A program made the position numbers and the translations under genes. Below the pieces are notes generated by a model that was given only the letters and a program-made list of their open reading frames with translations, ran no database searches and was not told the origin of the DNA. From Octopus vulgaris (lineage: Eukaryota), in assembly GCA_951406725.2 (NCBI GenBank), contig OX597824.1:91450001-91514000 (forward strand): DNA of 64,000 nucleotides. Reading direction: 5' to 3'. Shown piece by piece: positions 57,841-64,000 of this stretch (positions are counted from its first letter, which is position 1; every line of letters begins with the position of its first letter).

Positions 57841-59070
57841 TGGTATATCTTTATATCATACAAATAAATTATTCATACATCCATCTTTCTCCATTTTCTT
57901 TCTTTCAACACACACGCACACATACCTCTACATACACACATACACACATACCTCTACATACACACATATATGAATATGCATATTTTGATATTAGTACGCA
58001 TACGTTATACACACATACATATATCTGCGTTTGTGTGTTACATATATAAGTATGTGTGTGTCTGTGTCGATATATATATATATATATATATATATAAATG
58101 TATATATGAAAATACAAAATGGGACAAGAATGCAAAACATCCAAATAGACGATACAAAATACACGGACGGGTCATTCGAAGCCTTTAATCTTCAGTCAAG
58201 AACCGGATCATCCTAGTAATTTCGGCTGGCGTGTATGCATGTGTGTATATCTATGTATCTATCTATAACTATATGCATATACATTTAAAGATGGGTCTAA
58301 ACAATGATGATTGACTGAATAAAGGACTCAATACTTATATGACAATAGAGACATACACACATAGAAAGTTTTTTTGTTTTCTTCGATATGGAGCTATGAG
58401 GTATGGTTATGTCAGCGTCTTTTGAATTTTACCTTACTGATTCCGATGTTGTATTTTGTAGCAGTAGTGTTCATTTTCTAAGCGTTAAATATCATTTGCG
58501 TGGTGGACAATTGCATGTTACTATGCGAAAACTTTGAAAATTGGTGGTGAATAACTTTTGATTATATCGTGAAATAAGCCCACCACCTCATCTTGACAAC
58601 ATCTATTTTTGTCTATTAACCGCTTCATACAATAATCATTGGTTGATATCGAGATTTTCTTCAACGAGTATATAAATCGTGTAATTCCATTATTTGAAGA
58701 CTATTAATATTGAGCGTAGAAAGTGTTCTGCTATAGAGCTGCAATATATTATAATAATATCTAAGTGGTTTCACTAGCAAAAATAAAAGTACGGAGCATG
58801 ATTACGTTTATTATAATAGATTAGATAAATGTCGACTTTTCTAAGACTGTTTTTGTTTTGGCTAAATAGAGCATTCTTCAGATGTATATAATTCGTGACA
58901 AGGATTTTTATGTAATGGCTGTTATAATTTGGTGGTGTGTGGAATGTGCGATCTGAGGAATGAGTTCACGATTCGATCCTTCCAGAATACAGATTGTGAC
59001 TTGGGTCACACTACGGTTTGGTGCAAGATCGAATTACATCAAAGAACATGCACTATATGAAATGAAAGCA

Positions 59071-59125
<55 letters not shown>

Positions 59126-59302
59126 CACATACAGTATATATATAAATTAGAAAAAAACCCACCTTTTATCAATTCAATAATGAAAAATTAAATTATACCA
59201 TTTAGAAAAATTACATCTTATAGAAAGATTAAATATAAGATAAAACATATAACGATGATTAAGTAAAGTGCAAAATAGTAAATAAAACGTATATATATAT
59301 AG

Positions 59303-59374
<72 letters not shown>

Positions 59375-60163
59375 TATATACATATACAGTGTGTGTGTAT
59401 ATATATATACATATATACACACATAAATACACGTATGTGTATATATTTACATATTTGTATATGAGTGTGTATATATATATATATGTATATGTATATACAT
59501 ATATGTATGTATATTTGTATGTGTGGAAGTACATATGATTGGAAGTACCCAACTACACACACACACACACGCGCGCGCGCACACACACACACGCTTTCAG
59601 CATAAAGGAAACACTTCATTCAAATGGTTCTGAGGAAGCTATAAGTTGTCGCACTTCCACTCGGTTCTGGATGCACGCATAATTATGACAGAAACAGCGG
59701 TAAGCTGATGAAATTGATTACATACATCCCGTTCTTTTGTCGTTCAAGTACTAATTATTTTAATAACTAAATGATCATTTCTTCCCCAGATAGACAAGAC
59801 TGACAACGTCGGAGTTTAGAGATTAATTGGAATTAATTAAAATGCAGTAAGAAGTAATGATAAACTTTGGCTAAAAGGCGAGAAATCCGTACATCATGTT
59901 TTGGTATTTTTAGACATCTTCAGTGAAATATATAACTGTTCAAAATAAGACAGCGCTAGTCATAGTTTATATCGAGTGTGACGCCCAGATTCATTAATAG
60001 GAATTGTCGATTCTGTTACGAAAGTTTATGAATTTATGAAAAAAACAAGAGCAAAAGATACTAATAATGTTCGTAAGTTTGTTTGTGCGTGGTTGTAGTT
60101 ACACTGTTCGACTAAAAACCAAAGAAAAAGTACAGAAAAAAAAGACTAAGACTAAGCATCATT

Positions 60164-60211
<48 letters not shown>

Positions 60212-63014
60212 GTCGTCGACGTCGTCATCTCCACCACCATCACCAGCAGCACCAGCAGCAATAGCAACACCACCAGCACCAGCACCAGCACCAGCACCAC
60301 CACCACCACTATCACCACCATCATCACCACCATCATCCTCATCATCATCCTCATCGTCATCACCACCACCATCACCAGCAGCAGCAGCAGCAGTACCACC
60401 ACCACCATCATCCTCCTCCTCATCATCATCATCGTTATCAACTACAACAACAACAGCAACAGTAAGATCAGAGCGACAATAATGCTTGACAATAGAGCTA
60501 GAATAAAGTGTATTACTAGTGGCAGGCTACCAGCGCCAGGATACGAACTAACAATCTCACCATCAGTTTGTACGTGACCCAATCAATTCGGCCATCTACA
60601 CTCTCCTGCAACGCCCATATTCTAAGTTTAATTAATTAATTAATTAATATTTCAGAGTTGTCTCCCCTGGTTTCCACATTTTTTTTTGTTTTTCTGTTTT
60701 TAATTTTAGCAGACTTGGTCATTAAGCTAATGCTTCTTTCTCCTTACCGCTGATTAATCTTAATTAATTAAAATTTCCCAGTTCATTGTCTTAAATATGA
60801 AAGCAGCGACCTCGCCGCTCGACTTTCATACTAAACGTGTAGCTGTTATTTCGCCCACCACCAACATCACCGTGTTTTAAACAAACTAGTAAACTATAAA
60901 ATCCAACATATTTGCAACTCGGTTTTACTGCTCTTGATGTGGGAATGCTTGTTAATATATTAGCTTGGTTGGATATTGAAGATCGGCACCGAATTCACTC
61001 CATCTTAATATTATGTCTAACTCTTAATGTTCTATACGCGTGGACATTTTATGATGTTCAAATTTCCCCCCAGATGACGAGAAATATCTGAGCTCAAAAT
61101 TCTTGAGAGCATACTAGACTGAAAGCATTAAGATAATTTTACAGTTTATCTCATGGACTCATAAATTTCCAGACAACTATTTGCAAACTATTTTTAATCT
61201 TGAAAATGCAGCACAGTTAATAATATATTACTACACTCTGTCCATTTATCACCAAGCACCAGTTTTGGAACAAATGGATTTTAATTTTGTTTCATTGTTT
61301 TTTTTTTAAATATCTTTATTTGCACAAAGTTTAAATTTCCTTTTGAAAGTCTCAGACGACAACGGCAACTGGGTATCGGATGACCAGTTTAATCTGGTTT
61401 GTATTACGTTACATATGTTCCTATTGCATTAATCTGGGACCTTAATTCTTTGATTAGACGAAGGGGCGCTTTCGTGACATGAAATGTGTTTTAGGCATTT
61501 TCAGACAGAGCTGAGTCCATTTCATACCAAATTTGTTCACGCGAGAATGTGGTTTGAGGAAGATTTGTGGACATATTCATTGATCTGGGGTAGCTTTAGC
61601 CAAGGAGACAAGATCGAAACGCCGGTTGTCCCCAAATCTCTTTATCTTAAAGAATTCAGTGTGTTATGAAAGAGAAATTGTTCTCCAATGATGAAATTCA
61701 ACAGCGATAAGCACATTCACGTTTGTATCTGCCAGAACAAATTAAGAGAAAACATGTATGTCTTGTTTTTGATTTTCGCTGTTCATGTTGCTCATGGCGA
61801 TTTATCATTTGTTGGCAGATTTCAGTACACATCGGGAAATAATTTTCTGATTTCTGTAAATAAGGGCCAAAAATTCTTGTTAGATTCGTTAGTCTGGGTT
61901 AGCTTTCGCTGAAGAGACAGAACAAGGCTGAGAGGATAGAGCTAGCCTCTTGGGAATGAAGTAAAAAAATAGATAGGTCAATCAGAGATCAGTATATGGC
62001 AGATAATAAAAATAAAAAGAAAATTATAGAACTTTTTAGAGACTAATGGGGGTTCGCCACGGCAAGACTCAGAACAATGAAATCAATGTGTTGAGAAGCA
62101 AATAAATTTCGAATGTTGCAGTCTGCGCCTCATTGCCATCTCATATACATCTATTTTATCTTTTACGATGTTGGTAGTTATTTTCTGTGATGTTCAACTC
62201 TGCAAACGTGAGCAAGTTTTTGTTTTCTCCCTCTTTTGCTAGTTTGATTAAATTTCCTTTGTGCACCAGTTTCATAACATACGTGAAAACATCTAAATGC
62301 ACAGAATGGAGGAAATATTACGCGATGTATCAGTACATTACAAAAGCGGAGCAATAGGACCCTTTATTATCGGTGTCTCCACTTTATAAGCTCACATGTT
62401 ACTGGGTTACTCATTGCAAATGTTCGCTGCTTTGCTGGCCGACTCCACTATCAGGAAATAACCGTAATTCTGAGAGAGCTGACACCGACCAAACGAATTT
62501 CCTTCCACTAGTTCTGCTTAATTAAACAATTTTCAACTAAAGATCCGTAAAACCTTTTCAAAAGATCACGTTCGATTAGGTTTTTAAATATATTATTGAT
62601 CACTTGGCATCGGTTTAGAATGGGTTCGTATTAAGCCATTAAGCTGGTCATTGATCGATCAATGAGTCTAGCGATCGATTGCTTTGCAGTCTTTTGTCAG
62701 ATCATCCAATGTATTTCATTCATCCACTCAACTGGATTGGTCTGATCAGCTCCGCTTTCGTCTGATTGGCTTTTTCAGCTTCTCATATCAATTGGCATGA
62801 TAAACACGCGCGCACGCATGCGCACGCACGCGCACACACACACGGAGGCACGCATCGCCCCCCCCACACAGATGCATACATTTACATATGCAAACATATT
62901 CACGCATAGATTCGCATACCATACATATAATATATACATACATACATACATCTGTATGTATGTTTGTATGTATGTATGTATGTATGTATGTATGTATGTA
63001 TGTATGTATGTATG

Positions 63015-63045
<31 letters not shown>

Positions 63046-63156
63046 GTATATATATGTGCGTGTGTGTCTGTGTCTGTGTGTCTGTTTATCTGTGTGTTTG
63101 TATATGTATTTATATATATACATTATATATATACATATATATATATATATAATGTA

Positions 63157-63211
<55 letters not shown>

Positions 63212-63290
63212 ACATATATATATATTAAACATTCCTGGTATATATACATACATACATACATATACAGACACACAGATACACAAACACACA

Positions 63291-63344
<54 letters not shown>

Positions 63345-64000
63345 TATTTATATAAGATGTGAAGGATGGGGAGAGAGAGAGAGATTCTGAAGAAGAGAGA
63401 GAGTGCGGATGAGAAAGGGAGATAATTAAACAGTGACAGAAACGTGTCCTAACATTGCCACCGCTCCACACACACATGAATACGTAAGAAGTTGATTTAA
63501 TTGATTAAATCGATCACCTAACCTGACTGGCACTTCAGTTATCGATCTCAGAAGGAAGGAAAGCAAAGTGGAACCCCAGAAGGATTTGATCTGAGACAAT
63601 CATCCAATGTAAATTTATGCTTCACGCAGTTTTGTTCGCTGCAGTAATGATTCAGTTATCTCCCATCCCATCCGTGGCTTTGCCACTGATAAAGCCAATA
63701 CTGTATTTGTTATTAGTTTTGGTTCAGATTCCACACTTGATACAGAAAAAAGAAAAACCATCTTGCTTCAGATTCCCAGCCATTTTCCCTAATTCATGAC
63801 CACAACACATCACACAGTCGCAAATAGAGGAGGTTTTGCGTGGTCGCTCAACCTGCTAGATATCTTTAATCTTTTGCTCGCCTCAGTCATTAGACTGCGG
63901 CCTTGCTGGAGCATCGCCTTGAAAGTATTTTAGCCGAACGAATCGATCCCAGTAATTTTTTTTTTAACCTGGCAGAACTGCTAAATTACAGGAACGTAAA

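Noticed and set aside
58825-58888. Minus-strand CTGAAGA...GAAA agtcgac motif
   Set aside because: No UH dinucleotide and no convincing stem II.

Overview
Eukaryotic, AT-rich, extremely microsatellite-dense DNA. The SINE families and repeat style point to a coleoid cephalopod, most likely Octopus (inference). Only one host protein-coding gene is supported: a two-exon, 375-aa divergent actin on the + strand (18577-18699 joined to 27636-28640). It has an ~8.9-kb intron at the conserved codon 41/42 position and two CArG boxes upstream. Nearly all other listed ORFs are microsatellite read-throughs. The rest is transposon debris: several tRNA-derived SINE families, R4/Dong-type LINE ends in (TAA)n tracts, Tx1/L1 and CR1/L2 fragments, non-autonomous Helitrons, mariner/Tigger MITEs, a Mutator-like relic and a Penelope GIY-YIG fragment. 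The main unexplained signal is a set of short inserts in (TA)n tracts. About a dozen carry intact or decayed minimal hammerhead-ribozyme motifs (CUGANGA..GAAA..UH with a palindromic stem III), and several form long fold-back hairpins. I interpret them as a Penelope-related, ribozyme-bearing, TA-targeting mini-retroelement system. All pairings were read by eye, and repeat boundaries are approximate.
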